A stretch of DNA of 64,000 bases from Pseudomonadales bacterium (GTDB taxonomy: Bacteria; Pseudomonadota; Gammaproteobacteria; Pseudomonadales; GM7GCV1): the NCBI GenBank assembly GCA_965661125.1, contig CBFICI010000004.1, forward strand, positions 40,544 to 104,543, read 5' to 3'. The stretch's first letter is position 1. Each line of letters begins with the position of its first letter. Shown piece after piece: positions 1 through 8,698 of the stretch. The position numbers and the translations under genes are program-made. Below the pieces are notes generated by a model. It searched no databases, had not been told where the DNA came from, and saw only the letters and a program-made list of their open reading frames with translations.

Positions 1-12
1 CCAGCAGCAGGC

Positions 13-42
13 AAAAAAGAGGCAGTCATTTTCGGCTGCCCC
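13..42 (-). terminator. Rho-independent terminator downstream of pntB
   Basis: Minus-strand RNA folds as GGGGCAG-N10-CUGCCUC (7 bp, one G.U) followed by UUUUUUG. It lies about 25 nt after the pntB stop. Confidence 0.6.
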
Positions 43-68
43 TCATCTTTGGCAAGCTTGGCAGTTGG

Positions 69-1532
69 CTAGGCCAGTTCCTTGACAGCATTGATTAGTT
101 CACTTGCGACAGCTTGGCCATCACCATATAGCATGCGGGTGTTATCGGCGAAGAACAGCGCATTTTCGATGCCGCTGAAGCCCCGCCCCTGGCCGCGCTT
201 GATCACGATGGTGTTCTTGGCCTGCCAGGCGTTGAGAATGGGCATGCCGTAAATGGGGCTGTCGGGGTTGTTTTTGGCGTCCGGGTTGACCACGTCATTG
301 GCACCAATAACCAGGCAAACATCGGCGTTGGCAAATTCTTCGTTGATCTCGTCCAGGTCGAAAATGATGTCGTAGGGTACGCCCGCCTCGGCCAGCAGTA
401 CGTTCATGTGCCCCGGCATGCGCCCGGCAACCGGGTGGATGGCAAATTTCACCTTGACGTCGTTTTTCAGCAGCAGCTGGCTGAGTTCCCAGATTTTGTG
501 TTGCGCTTGGGCCACCGCCATGCCGTAACCCGGCACAATGATGACCTTGCTAGCGTAGGCCATCATGACGCCCACGTCCGGCGCCTCGATCGACTTCATT
601 GAGCCGCTAATCTCGCTTTGTTCGCCACTGCCGCCGGAGCCAAAGTTGGAGAACAGCACATTCGAGAGCGAACGATTCATGGCCTTGGCCATCAACTGGG
701 TTAACAGGAAGCCTGCCGAGCCGACCACCGTACCGGCAATCATCATGGCTGCGTTGCCCAGTACAAAGCCTTCAAAGCCTACGGCAAGGCCGGTAAGGGC
801 GTTGAACAGAGAAATCACCACAGGCATGTCGGCGCCGCCGATGGGTACTGTCATCATGACGCCGAACAGTGCAGCCAGCACAAAGAAGAGCACCAGTATC
901 TCCGGCTCGAAGAAGGCCTGAACAATTTCCCTGGAGCCGGGCGCCATCTCGATTTGCAGCATCATCACAATACCCAGGCAAAGGGTGGCAATGAAAACCA
1001 GGCCGTTTACCGCGCGTTGGCCGCTAAAGCGAATAACGCCGTTCATCCAGCCTTGCAGTTTGGCAAAGGCAATCAGCGAACCGGAAAAAGCCACCGTGCC
1101 AATAATGGCTCCCAGAATGGCCAGAATATGCACTTCCAGAAGCACGGGCTCTTCCAGGTGATTTTCCATGCCGCCCAGAGTGGCGACGCCGCCGTGGTGC
1201 TCGCCGGTGAGCTCCAGTAATTCGATGGCAGCAATACAGGCGGCTGCGCCGCCGCCCATGCCGTTATAGAGGGCGATCATTTGCGGCATGTCGGTCATGG
1301 CGACCTTTTTGCCGGTCCACCAGGCCAGAATAGAACCCGACACAATGGCCACCATCATCAGGCCGTAGTTGTGCAGGTTGGGGTAGGCGAAGGTAACGAG
1401 AGTGGCCAGCAGCATGCCCACACCGGCCCAGATAATGCCCTGGCGGGCAAACTTGGGTGACGACATGCGTTTCAGGCCCAGAATAAAGAGGGCTGCCGCG
1501 ACCAGGTAGGACGCCGAGATTAAATAGCTCAT
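69..1532 (-). CDS. pntB: NAD(P) transhydrogenase subunit beta
   Basis: 487-aa ORF with a polytopic N-terminal membrane part (MSYLISASYLVAAALFILGLKRMSSP...). The C-terminal soluble NADP(H) domain carries GYGMAVAQAQH, LLAEAGVPYD and IGANDVVNP. Its start overlaps the pntAB stop by 4 nt. Confidence 0.95.
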   Translation of the reverse strand: MSYLISASYLVAAALFILGLKRMSSPKFARQGIIWAGVGMLLATLVTFAYPNLHNYGLMMVAIVSGSILAWWTGKKVAMTDMPQMIALYNGMGGGAAACIAAIELLELTGEHHGGVATLGGMENHLEEPVLLEVHILAILGAIIGTVAFSGSLIAFAKLQGWMNGVIRFSGQRAVNGLVFIATLCLGIVMMLQIEMAPGSREIVQAFFEPEILVLFFVLAALFGVMMTVPIGGADMPVVISLFNALTGLAVGFEGFVLGNAAMMIAGTVVGSAGFLLTQLMAKAMNRSLSNVLFSNFGSGGSGEQSEISGSMKSIEAPDVGVMMAYASKVIIVPGYGMAVAQAQHKIWELSQLLLKNDVKVKFAIHPVAGRMPGHMNVLLAEAGVPYDIIFDLDEINEEFANADVCLVIGANDVVNPDAKNNPDSPIYGMPILNAWQAKNTIVIKRGQGRGFSGIENALFFADNTRMLYGDGQAVASELINAVKELA

Positions 1533-1831
1533 GCGTTATCCTCCTTTTTGGAGGACTTGAACATTTCCAGCATGCGCTCGGTTACCACGTAACCGCCTAC
1601 GGCGTTGCCGGCGGCCAGAAATACCCCGATGAAGCCAATAGTGAGTTCCAGCGGCGTTTCCGCATGACCCATGGCCACCATGGCGCCCACCAGCACAATG
1701 CCATGCACAAAGTTTGAACCCGACATCAGGGGAGTGTGCAAAATCACCGGCACTTTCGAGATTACCTCGTAGCCGGTAAAGGCGGCCAGCATGAAGATGT
1801 ACAGCGCGAGAAATCCTTCAATGGGTGTCAT
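1529..1831 (-). CDS. pntAB: NAD(P) transhydrogenase subunit alpha part 2 (membrane)
   Basis: 100-aa, three-helix membrane ORF (HTPLMSGSNFVHGIVLVGA). It sits between pntAA and pntB with 4-nt overlaps on both sides. Confidence 0.9.
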   Translation of the reverse strand: MTPIEGFLALYIFMLAAFTGYEVISKVPVILHTPLMSGSNFVHGIVLVGAMVAMGHAETPLELTIGFIGVFLAAGNAVGGYVVTERMLEMFKSSKKEDNA

Positions 1832-2964
1832 GAGCGCTCCTCCATCAGTTTTTTCACCATTTCATGTACTAGCTCGCCGTCGCGTGTAACGCAGGCTTTG
1901 GCGACAATTTCGTCTTCCCAGTCCAATTTTAGCTCGCCCTCCTCGATGAAGGGCGTGATGAAGTTGAACAGATTCTTGGCAAACATCTCCGAGGCGTGAA
2001 CCGCCAGTTCGGAGGGCACGTTCAGAGGCCCGTTGATGATTACATTGCCCTGCTGAATGACTTTTCCGGGCTGGGTGAGCTCACAGTTGCCGCCGCCTTC
2101 CGAGGCCAGGTCGACAATTACTGCGCCGGGCTGCATGGCTTCCACTGTGGCGCCATCAATCAGTTTGGGCGAAGGGCGGCCGGGAATGGCTGCGGTGGTG
2201 ATTACGCAGTCTGACTTAATAATATGCTGGTCGACAATTTCTTTTTGCTTGGCGCGCTCCTCGTCGGTGAGCTCCCGCGCATAGCCTCCTTCACCCGACG
2301 CATCAATACCGGTGTCGACAAATTTGGCGCCCAGTGATTCACACTGCTCTTTGGTTTCCGGGCGAATGTCGTAGGCCTCTACCACGGCTCCCAAGCGTTT
2401 GGCGGTGGCAATGGCTTGCAAGCCGGCAACACCCGCACCCAGTACCAGTACCTTGGCCGGGCGAATGGTGCCGGCCGCGGTGGTGAGCATGGGGAAAAAC
2501 TTGGAGGTCAGGGTGGCGGCTTTTAACACGCCCAGATAGCCGGCAACAGCCGCCTGTGACGACAGGGTATCCATCGACTGGGCTCGTGAGATGCGCGGAA
2601 TCAGCTCGGTAGCCCAGGCGGTAATTTGTTTTTGCTGCAGCTGTTGCAGCAGGTCCAGATTGCGAAAGGGGTTGAGCGAGCCAATCAGCATGCTGCCGCT
2701 TTTCATGGCGCCAATTTCGTCGCTGGATGGGCATTGAATTCGAAAAATAAGGTCAGCAGCCGAATAGACCTCTTCAGCCGAGCCAACAAACTGCGCACTG
2801 TCGGCATCGAACTTGCTATCCGGCAGATAGGCGCTATCGCCGGCGCCCTGCTCGATAACCAGTTTAACCCCCAGCTTGGCCAGTTTGCTGGCAACTTCCG
2901 GCGCCAAGGCAACACGGCGTTCGCCGTCCATGCTTTCGCGCGGTACCCCGATGGTCAAGGCCAT
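1828..2964 (-). CDS. pntAA: NAD(P) transhydrogenase subunit alpha part 1 (Re/Si-specific, NAD(H)-binding)
   Basis: 378 aa. It has an alanine-dehydrogenase/PNT N-terminus (IGVPRESMDGERRVALAP) and a Rossmann motif (VLVLGAGVAGLQAIATAKRLGA). An AGGGGGAA RBS precedes the ATG. Confidence 0.93.
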   Translation of the reverse strand: MALTIGVPRESMDGERRVALAPEVASKLAKLGVKLVIEQGAGDSAYLPDSKFDADSAQFVGSAEEVYSAADLIFRIQCPSSDEIGAMKSGSMLIGSLNPFRNLDLLQQLQQKQITAWATELIPRISRAQSMDTLSSQAAVAGYLGVLKAATLTSKFFPMLTTAAGTIRPAKVLVLGAGVAGLQAIATAKRLGAVVEAYDIRPETKEQCESLGAKFVDTGIDASGEGGYARELTDEERAKQKEIVDQHIIKSDCVITTAAIPGRPSPKLIDGATVEAMQPGAVIVDLASEGGGNCELTQPGKVIQQGNVIINGPLNVPSELAVHASEMFAKNLFNFITPFIEEGELKLDWEDEIVAKACVTRDGELVHEMVKKLMEERS

Positions 2965-3018
2965 AGAATTTCCCCCTTTAAAGTTGAAGACTGCTCGCTA
3001 GTTGGCAAGGCAGCAAAT

Positions 3019-3036
3019 GAATTTCCCCCGAAATTC
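3019..3036. promoter_or_regulatory. Perfect palindrome GAATTTC-CCCC-GAAATTC upstream of pntAA
   Basis: Seen directly in the sequence, 55 nt upstream of the pntAA start. The half-site plus spacer GAATTTCCCCC recurs at 2966-2976, where it overlaps the pntAA RBS. Confidence 0.3.
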
Positions 3037-3127
3037 TTGAGCAAGCTTACTGGAAAAGCGGGTGTGATGGGTAGAGCGTGGCCGAGCTTCGCGCCAAGGG
3101 CGAAACACTTCAGTTAGCCTGAAGCCG

Positions 3128-4324
3128 CTAGTTGGTTTCTACACTGTAGATTACGCCGGTGATGCTGTAACGAGCCTGGTTTGTATCGTCCCTTCCCCAG
3201 TAGCCCCGACTGTTGCCGGTCTGCTCGAACCGGTAAAGCGCAAGATTGCCCCTGTCGTTGAAGGAAAGTCGTTCAATCTGGCTGGTTGCGCTGTTGTCCA
3301 GCAAGGCCTCACCCAGCGTGTCGATTGTGCTGGCAGGCGGCAGGGCAATACCTCCACCGCCCGGCAGTACCCGGCTGTTGTATTCGTTGCCGACGGTTGG
3401 GTCTTTGTAGCTGGCAATGGAGAATTCGCCTGTGAGCAGGTTGTAGCTGTCGCCGCGAGTCAGCATATGAAGCAGCATATGCGACGCAGCCGCCTTGTCC
3501 GGTGTGCTGCCGAAGCTGGCACTGCGGCCATCCAGAATGGTCACAGCGGCTTCGCCCAGCACCTCGAAGCGGCCATCGGAGTGCACCAGCATGCCGGTAT
3601 TCTCGTCGACCCCAAAGCCAATGCGCTGCGATTGTTCGGGCAGCATGGACAGTGCCACCACCAGCCGGCCCAGTCGCGCGCGCGCGTCGAAGTGTTGGTC
3701 GGTTATACCGTAGTCAAAGAAGCCCAGGCCGGGGCCAAGGGTAACGGCTTCCTCGCCGGCCTCGGCGCCAAACAGGCTGGGTAGGGTGTCGCCGAACAGA
3801 ATCATGGGGTCGCTCATGATGGCAGCGCCGGCGCTGGTGCCGCCGATAACGGCGCCGTTATCGAAGGCACGGCGAATGGCTCTCAGCGTATCGGTGTCTG
3901 TTCCGTCAGGACGCAACAAAGCGGTTATGCGCGCCTGGTCACCACCGGCAAACCAGACGCCGGCGGCATTTTCCAGTGCCCGGATAACTCGAGGGTTATC
4001 CAGATTGTCGGCCCAGTTGGCTTCATCGACATCAGCGGTATCCGGGTCGTCCATTACAGCCAGCGGCATCAGCTGTATTCGCTGTGCATCGGCGCCGTAA
4101 TTCACCATCAGTTGCATAATGTTGGCAGCCGAGCCGGCCGGATAACCCGAAGCAAGGGGGATGACAAAAATTGAACCCTCTGCAGGTGCTGCCTGAATAA
4201 AGGCTTTGTGGATCTCGGCGTTGTTAGACGCCAGAGCACCGCCCACGATTAACAGCTTGCCCGGCTCGGCCAGTGCGACAGGGCCAAGGCAAAGCAGCAG
4301 CAGGCCGCAGGCTAGCCTTGTCAA
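3128..4324 (-). CDS. Secreted cyanophycinase-like peptidase (S51 family) with C-terminal extension
   Basis: Signal peptide MTRLACGLLLLCLGPVALA. S51 motifs LLIVGGAL, VWFAGGDQ and the nucleophile elbow GGTSAGAAIMS. TTG start overlaps the GST stop (TTGA). Confidence 0.75.
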   Translation of the reverse strand: MTRLACGLLLLCLGPVALAEPGKLLIVGGALASNNAEIHKAFIQAAPAEGSIFVIPLASGYPAGSAANIMQLMVNYGADAQRIQLMPLAVMDDPDTADVDEANWADNLDNPRVIRALENAAGVWFAGGDQARITALLRPDGTDTDTLRAIRRAFDNGAVIGGTSAGAAIMSDPMILFGDTLPSLFGAEAGEEAVTLGPGLGFFDYGITDQHFDARARLGRLVVALSMLPEQSQRIGFGVDENTGMLVHSDGRFEVLGEAAVTILDGRSASFGSTPDKAAASHMLLHMLTRGDSYNLLTGEFSIASYKDPTVGNEYNSRVLPGGGGIALPPASTIDTLGEALLDNSATSQIERLSFNDRGNLALYRFEQTGNSRGYWGRDDTNQARYSITGVIYSVETN

Positions 4325-4953
4325 GCAGGCATGCCTTCGCTACATACCTTCAGGGTGCGTTTCCAGGCCGGCCGGCTGACGGCGCGCTCCAGCCAGGCTT
4401 GCAGATGGGGGAATGCAGAAAGATCCACGCTGGTCATTTGCGCCGTGGCGAAGACAGGTACGGCGATGGTGTCGGCAATGGTCAGCTGGTCACCGCACAA
4501 AAAGGTGTGACACGAAAGCCGTGAATCGATGGCGGGTAACTGGTCGTTCAACTGCTTTTGAGCAGCTTCCAGCGCGGCGGGATCCGGGTCTTGTTGCATA
4601 AAGCCGGCCTTCACGACCTCTTCAAAAAAGAAGGTTCCCAGGGCGCGACCCGGGTGCAGCACAATCATGTCGATCATTTCGTCGACGCGTGCAGCAGCCA
4701 TGGGGTGGTGCGGATAGAGTGGAGAATCACCAATGCGGGCAAGGTGACGGCAGATCGCGTTGCTCTCGACAAGGCATTCGCCTTCAATTTCCAGCGCGGG
4801 TACCATGCCCCAGCAGTGCCGGTCTAGGTGTTCGGGTTTGCGCTGCTCTCCGGCCAAAAGATTCACCGGGATATATTCATAGCGGGTGCCAAGCTTCTCT
4901 GCCGTGTACACCACCTTGTGTACATTGGGTGTATTGAATCCGTAGATTTTCAT
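4321..4953 (-). CDS. Glutathione S-transferase family protein
   Basis: MKIYGFNTPNVHKVVYTAEKLG...VPALEIEGECLVESNAICRHLA matches the GST N-terminal thioredoxin-like fold. The ATG at 4953 is preceded by GGAGG, so the upstream TTG at 4968 is less likely. Confidence 0.85.
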   Translation of the reverse strand: MKIYGFNTPNVHKVVYTAEKLGTRYEYIPVNLLAGEQRKPEHLDRHCWGMVPALEIEGECLVESNAICRHLARIGDSPLYPHHPMAAARVDEMIDMIVLHPGRALGTFFFEEVVKAGFMQQDPDPAALEAAQKQLNDQLPAIDSRLSCHTFLCGDQLTIADTIAVPVFATAQMTSVDLSAFPHLQAWLERAVSRPAWKRTLKVCSEGMPA

Positions 4954-5031
4954 TTCTGCCTCCGGCAACTCTTATTTGTTTTCCCGTCGCTTCGACTGCA
5001 AGCCTGTGTCAAAGTTTCGCCGCTGTCCAGA

Positions 5032-6207
5032 TCAACCGGGCAGCAATTCGACCAGGCAGTCGTTCAAATAGCGTACCCCTAATGATGTCGGGGCGACATG
5101 TCCTTTTGAAGAAATTTGCAGGTAGTTTTTGGCAGCCAGAGGGGCAAGAACGCTGCGGGCCTGATCGGCATTCATGCCGGTGCGATGCAGCATGGTTTGC
5201 AGGGGAAACCCCTGGATCAACCGCAATGCATTCATCAGAAATTCAAATGCGAGCTGGTCGGGAGGGATACTCTGCTCTCCCACGCGACGGGTTCCCTGCT
5301 TGGCCAAATAGTGCTGTGGCGCCCTTGTTTTGCTGTAGCGCTTGATACCGCCACCGCCGGTAGTTTTGCCATGAGCACCGGGCCCAATGGCCAGGTAGTC
5401 GCCGAATTGCCAGTAGTTCAGGTTGTGTTGGCACTGCTTGTTGTCGCGAGCAAATGCTGAAGTTTCGTAACGCTGAAAACCATTGCTCAGCAGCAGCTCA
5501 ATACCCTTATCGTTAATCTCGTTCATGGTAGATTCCACCGGCAGCCGCGGGGGGCGTTTGTAGAATTCGGTATTGGGTTCCAGTGTGAGTTCGTACCAGG
5601 AAAGGTGTTCAGGTTGCAGTTCGATTGCGCGATGCAGGTCGCGTTGCGACTCGGCCAGGCTTTGCCCCGGCAGGCCGAACATCAGGTCGAGATTGATATT
5701 GTCGAAGCCGGCATCGCGTGCGATATGAAAGGCCTGCACAGCCTCGTCGCTGCCGTGAATGCGCCCCAATGCCTGTAGCTTCAGATCGTCAAAAGACTGC
5801 ACACCGATTGATAGCCGATTCACTCCGGCTTGCCGGTAAGCGGCAAATTTTTGCGCCTCGAAAGTACCCGGATTTGCCTCCAGCGTGATTTCGCAGTCTT
5901 GGCCAAGGCCGACGTGGTGCGACAGCAGGTCGATAATATTTTCGATCACCACCGGCTGCAGCAGGCTGGGCGTTCCGCCCCCAAAAAATACCGACTGTAA
6001 CTGCCTGCCCTGAACCAACTCCAACTCCTTCGCCAGATCATCGGCGATGGCATAGAGGTACTCTTCTTCGGGCAGGCGAAGCGGGTCGCCCACCTTGCCG
6101 GTGCTGGCCTGGTGAGAGTTGAAATCGCAATAGGGGCACTTCCGCACGCACCAGGGTACGTGTACGTAAGCGCTTAAAGGGGGCAGCTCGAGCGCAGTGC
6201 TGTTCAT
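5032..6207 (-). CDS. hemW: Radical SAM heme chaperone HemW (HemN-like, YggW)
   Basis: CxxxCxxC motif in VHVPWCVRKCPYCDFNSH and a HemN-type C-terminal domain. It belongs to the rdgB/yggS neighbourhood. Confidence 0.88.
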   Translation of the reverse strand: MNSTALELPPLSAYVHVPWCVRKCPYCDFNSHQASTGKVGDPLRLPEEEYLYAIADDLAKELELVQGRQLQSVFFGGGTPSLLQPVVIENIIDLLSHHVGLGQDCEITLEANPGTFEAQKFAAYRQAGVNRLSIGVQSFDDLKLQALGRIHGSDEAVQAFHIARDAGFDNINLDLMFGLPGQSLAESQRDLHRAIELQPEHLSWYELTLEPNTEFYKRPPRLPVESTMNEINDKGIELLLSNGFQRYETSAFARDNKQCQHNLNYWQFGDYLAIGPGAHGKTTGGGGIKRYSKTRAPQHYLAKQGTRRVGEQSIPPDQLAFEFLMNALRLIQGFPLQTMLHRTGMNADQARSVLAPLAAKNYLQISSKGHVAPTSLGVRYLNDCLVELLPG

Positions 6208-6257
6208 CTTCTTATTGTAACTGCGGTGGCCAGCAACTTAATCGAATTGGGAATAAT

Positions 6258-6283
6258 AAAGGGAGCCCTATAGGGCTCCCTTT
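6258..6283 (-). terminator. Rho-independent terminator (bidirectional shape) after the 6307-6708 gene
   Basis: AAAGGGAGCCC-TATA-GGGCTCCCTTT is a perfect 11-bp stem. It is flanked by an A-rich tract on one side and a T-rich tract on the other. Confidence 0.8.
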
Positions 6284-6306
6284 ATTTTGCTGCGCTTGGG
6301 TCGATT

Positions 6307-6708
6307 TCAGCGGCGCGAGCTGTTGTTGTTACGATCCCAGCTGCTGGTGCCGCTGTCGTAATAGTAGGTGTAAATATTCTCGCCTTCACTGTTGTAAATG
6401 AAGTGCACCTTGCCCTCGAACCGGTTGCGCGCACGCTGGCCAACGATACTTACGGTGTCACCCACCGCAACGGCAGTTTCGTCATATCCAAATTGGCGAT
6501 TGCGGTAGGGCGGCGCCAAAAGGAAGTGCCAATTATTACCTTCGGCATCTTCCACAAATATTTGGTCATGTGGGTTGATGAACTTCACTTCGGTAACCGT
6601 GGCTTCCATCTCGAAGTCGACGTTGTACCCGCCCCAGCCGTGGTGAGCCGAGACAGAGCCCGACATCAGTAATGCGCATGCCACCAGCAGGTTTCTGTGC
6701 AAATTCAT
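6307..6708 (-). CDS. Small secreted protein, paralog of 8150-8698 (resembles uncharacterised DUF6152; assignment from memory)
   Basis: The ATG at 6708 has a GGAG RBS. Signal peptide MNLHRNLLVACALLMSGSVSA is followed by a mature HHGWGG N-terminus. It shares TVTEVKFINPH and GDTVSIVG blocks with the 8150 ORF. The 312-aa track ORF is an over-extension. Confidence 0.7.
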   Translation of the reverse strand: MNLHRNLLVACALLMSGSVSAHHGWGGYNVDFEMEATVTEVKFINPHDQIFVEDAEGNNWHFLLAPPYRNRQFGYDETAVAVGDTVSIVGQRARNRFEGKVHFIYNSEGENIYTYYYDSGTSSWDRNNNSSRR

Positions 6709-6803
6709 GTTCGCTCCGGGGTAAAATTGTTCAGTGCCCAATTTACGTATCGCCCAGCGGAAAATCCTGTTATTAAGCATAACTTTACGTAGATTGCGCA
6801 GGT

Positions 6804-7160
6804 TTAATCGCTTTCTGCTGGCGAACTCTGCGCCGGCACGTCGGCAAGCTTCAAGTGCTCGCCAAGCTTCCCGGTTAGCATCAACCCAAACATTCTGAAA
6901 TCGCTCGCCAGTGACCAGGCCGGGTAAGTGAAGGTGGCGGGCCGATTTTTCTCCACTGCGAAGTGCGCAACCCAGGCGAAACCGTAACCGCAAAAAGGCA
7001 AGGCAATCAGTAGCCACAGGTTCAGTGTAAAACCGGCCAGCGCGATGGGCAGCAACAGAGCAGTGCCAACATAGTGCATCAGCCTGGTTGCGGGCTTGCT
7101 GTGCTCGCGCAGGTAATAGGGCCAGAACGCCTCGAAGGAATTGATATTCTGCTTTTGCAT
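6804..7160 (-). CDS. DUF962 / Mpo1-like membrane protein
   Basis: MQKQNINSFEAFWPYYLREHSKPATRLMHYVGT...FAWVAHFAVEKNRPATF matches the YGL010w/Mpo1-like family pattern. There are 2-3 TM helices. Confidence 0.7.
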   Translation of the reverse strand: MQKQNINSFEAFWPYYLREHSKPATRLMHYVGTALLLPIALAGFTLNLWLLIALPFCGYGFAWVAHFAVEKNRPATFTYPAWSLASDFRMFGLMLTGKLGEHLKLADVPAQSSPAESD

Positions 7161-7205
7161 GGGTTCGCCAAGTGATTTTCGCCATGGTTGGAAATACCGA
7201 CCTCT

Positions 7206-7240
7206 CATACAAGCCTGATGACAGGCTTGTATGGATTTTT
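7206..7240 (+). promoter_or_regulatory. Perfect 12-bp-stem palindrome with T-run (terminator-like or operator) in a divergent intergenic region
   Basis: CATACAAGCCTG-ATGA-CAGGCTTGTATG is followed by GATTTTTG. It lies 75 nt upstream of the SIP start, and no upstream plus-strand gene exists for it to terminate. Confidence 0.4.
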
Positions 7241-7308
7241 GTCAATTATTTGAACTGCCCGCCCGACTGGTCGAGAATGTGCCCCTTTCAGAACCCCAAG
7301 GAATTCAA

Positions 7309-8058
7309 ATGGCTCGTCCATCGGGTAAGGGTGCTCCGCCCCGCCAACTGGAAGTTGCAGAAATTATCGATCTCACACCCCACATGCGCCGGATTCGGTT
7401 CTCTGGCGATGATCTGGCGGATTTTCCCCACGATCAGGAGAGCGGTTATGTGAAGTTTGTGTTGCAGCACGAGGGCGAGACGGTTCGGCGCACCTACACG
7501 GTTCGATCCTTTGACCCGCAGCGTCAGCTGCTGGATGTGGATTTTGTGCTTCACGGAGATGCCGGGCCGGCATCTCGCTGGGCGGCTCAGGCGAAACCCG
7601 GTGACAGGGTTCCGGTAGGGGGTCCAGGGCCCAAGAAACTGGTGGATTTCAGTGCCGATTGGTTTCTCATCGCGGGTGACATGACGGCGTTACCGGCCAT
7701 CAGTGTCAACATCGAGCAATTACCTGCAGATGCTCGCGGTTACGTGGCCATCGAAATTTCAGACGAGCAGGAAAAACAGGACTTGCCGGTGCCCGAAGGC
7801 ATCGAGCTGCACTGGGTGATTAACCCGGAAGCGAGGCAGGATCATTTCCCGCTGCTTGAAAAGGTAAAGCAGTTTGAGTTTCTTCGCGGTAGGCCATCCA
7901 TTTGGGTTGCCGGCGAGTTTCATACCTCGCGAGCGCTCCGACACTATCTGAAGCTGGAGCGCTGCGTGGCCAGATGTGATATTTATGCCAGTAGCTATTG
8001 GCACATTGGTTTGAGTGAAGATCGCCACAAGGTGGCAAAAGCGGCAGACAAAGACTAG
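7309..8058 (+). CDS. Siderophore-interacting protein (SIP/ViuB-type FAD-binding reductase)
   Basis: FAD-binding RRTYTVRSFD, then GPASRWAAQAKPGD and the NAD(P)-domain motif FLIAGDMTALPAI. The ATG at 7309 is preceded by AAGGAA. Confidence 0.85.
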   Translation: MARPSGKGAPPRQLEVAEIIDLTPHMRRIRFSGDDLADFPHDQESGYVKFVLQHEGETVRRTYTVRSFDPQRQLLDVDFVLHGDAGPASRWAAQAKPGDRVPVGGPGPKKLVDFSADWFLIAGDMTALPAISVNIEQLPADARGYVAIEISDEQEKQDLPVPEGIELHWVINPEARQDHFPLLEKVKQFEFLRGRPSIWVAGEFHTSRALRHYLKLERCVARCDIYASSYWHIGLSEDRHKVAKAADKD

Positions 8059-8104
8059 AAGCTTTTTCTGCAATAGCTGCTTGCAAAGGCTAGAACCAAG
8101 GCAT

Positions 8105-8135
8105 AAAAAAAGCGGGCAATTGCCCGCTTTCTCTT
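8105..8135. terminator. Bidirectional rho-independent terminator between convergent genes
   Basis: AAAAAA-AGCGGGCAATTGCCCGCT-TTCTCTTTT is a palindromic 8-bp stem with an A-run and a T-rich run. It lies between the SIP stop (8058) and the 8150 gene stop. Confidence 0.8.
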
Positions 8136-8149
8136 TTGGCGCAATTGCC

Positions 8150-8698
8150 TTACTGCGGCAGTTGAACCCGGCCACGCTCATTGAGCAGACCCTTGTCTTT
8201 CATCATCTGGGTAAACTCGGGGCCCAGACGACCAGGGCTGGAGCCCTCCAGTTGAGGCGACCAGGCAATACCGTTATCGGTGTTTTCTCGAACCAGATCC
8301 CACATGTCGGCAAAGGTCAGGGTTGATTGGATTGGGCCATCGTTTACGCCCAGAGCACGCAGGTGGAAAAGCGGCATTCCGCGCTGGTGTTCCCAGCCGT
8401 ACATTTTCACACTGTCACCCACTTGAAGGGTGTCAGCCGTCATGCCGTATTCGGCAATGATGTGGGTCGGGTGGCTGTTGGCGCGAACCACCTTGCCGTC
8501 GCCGAAATAACCGTCGGTAGTTTCCACGGTGAAGGAGATGTGCGGGTTAGTCCAGGCCACGTCAATAACCGTGCCCTCGACGTAGTTGTAGGGTTCTCCG
8601 GCGCCACCGTATTCGCCTGCAATGCTGTGGTGGGCATGGGCAGCCAGTGACATCAGGGTGAAAGCCAGCACGGCCATCAGTTTGTTTAAAAGTTTCAT
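8150..8698 (-). CDS. Secreted protein, larger paralog of 6307-6708 (DUF6152-like)
   Basis: Signal peptide MKLLNKLMAVLAFTLMSLAAHA is followed by a mature HHSIAGEYGG N-terminus. It carries the conserved TVIDVAWTNPH and GDSVKMYG blocks. An AAGAGG RBS is present. Confidence 0.7.
   Translation of the reverse strand: MKLLNKLMAVLAFTLMSLAAHAHHSIAGEYGGAGEPYNYVEGTVIDVAWTNPHISFTVETTDGYFGDGKVVRANSHPTHIIAEYGMTADTLQVGDSVKMYGWEHQRGMPLFHLRALGVNDGPIQSTLTFADMWDLVRENTDNGIAWSPQLEGSSPGRLGPEFTQMMKDKGLLNERGRVQLPQ

Noticed and set aside
6709-7245. N-terminal extension of the 312-aa track ORF 6307-7245.
   Set aside because: The extension overlaps the DUF962 gene in another frame and is Arg-rich nonsense. The internal ATG at 6708 has a GGAG RBS and is followed immediately by a signal peptide, which gives a protein collinear with its paralog.
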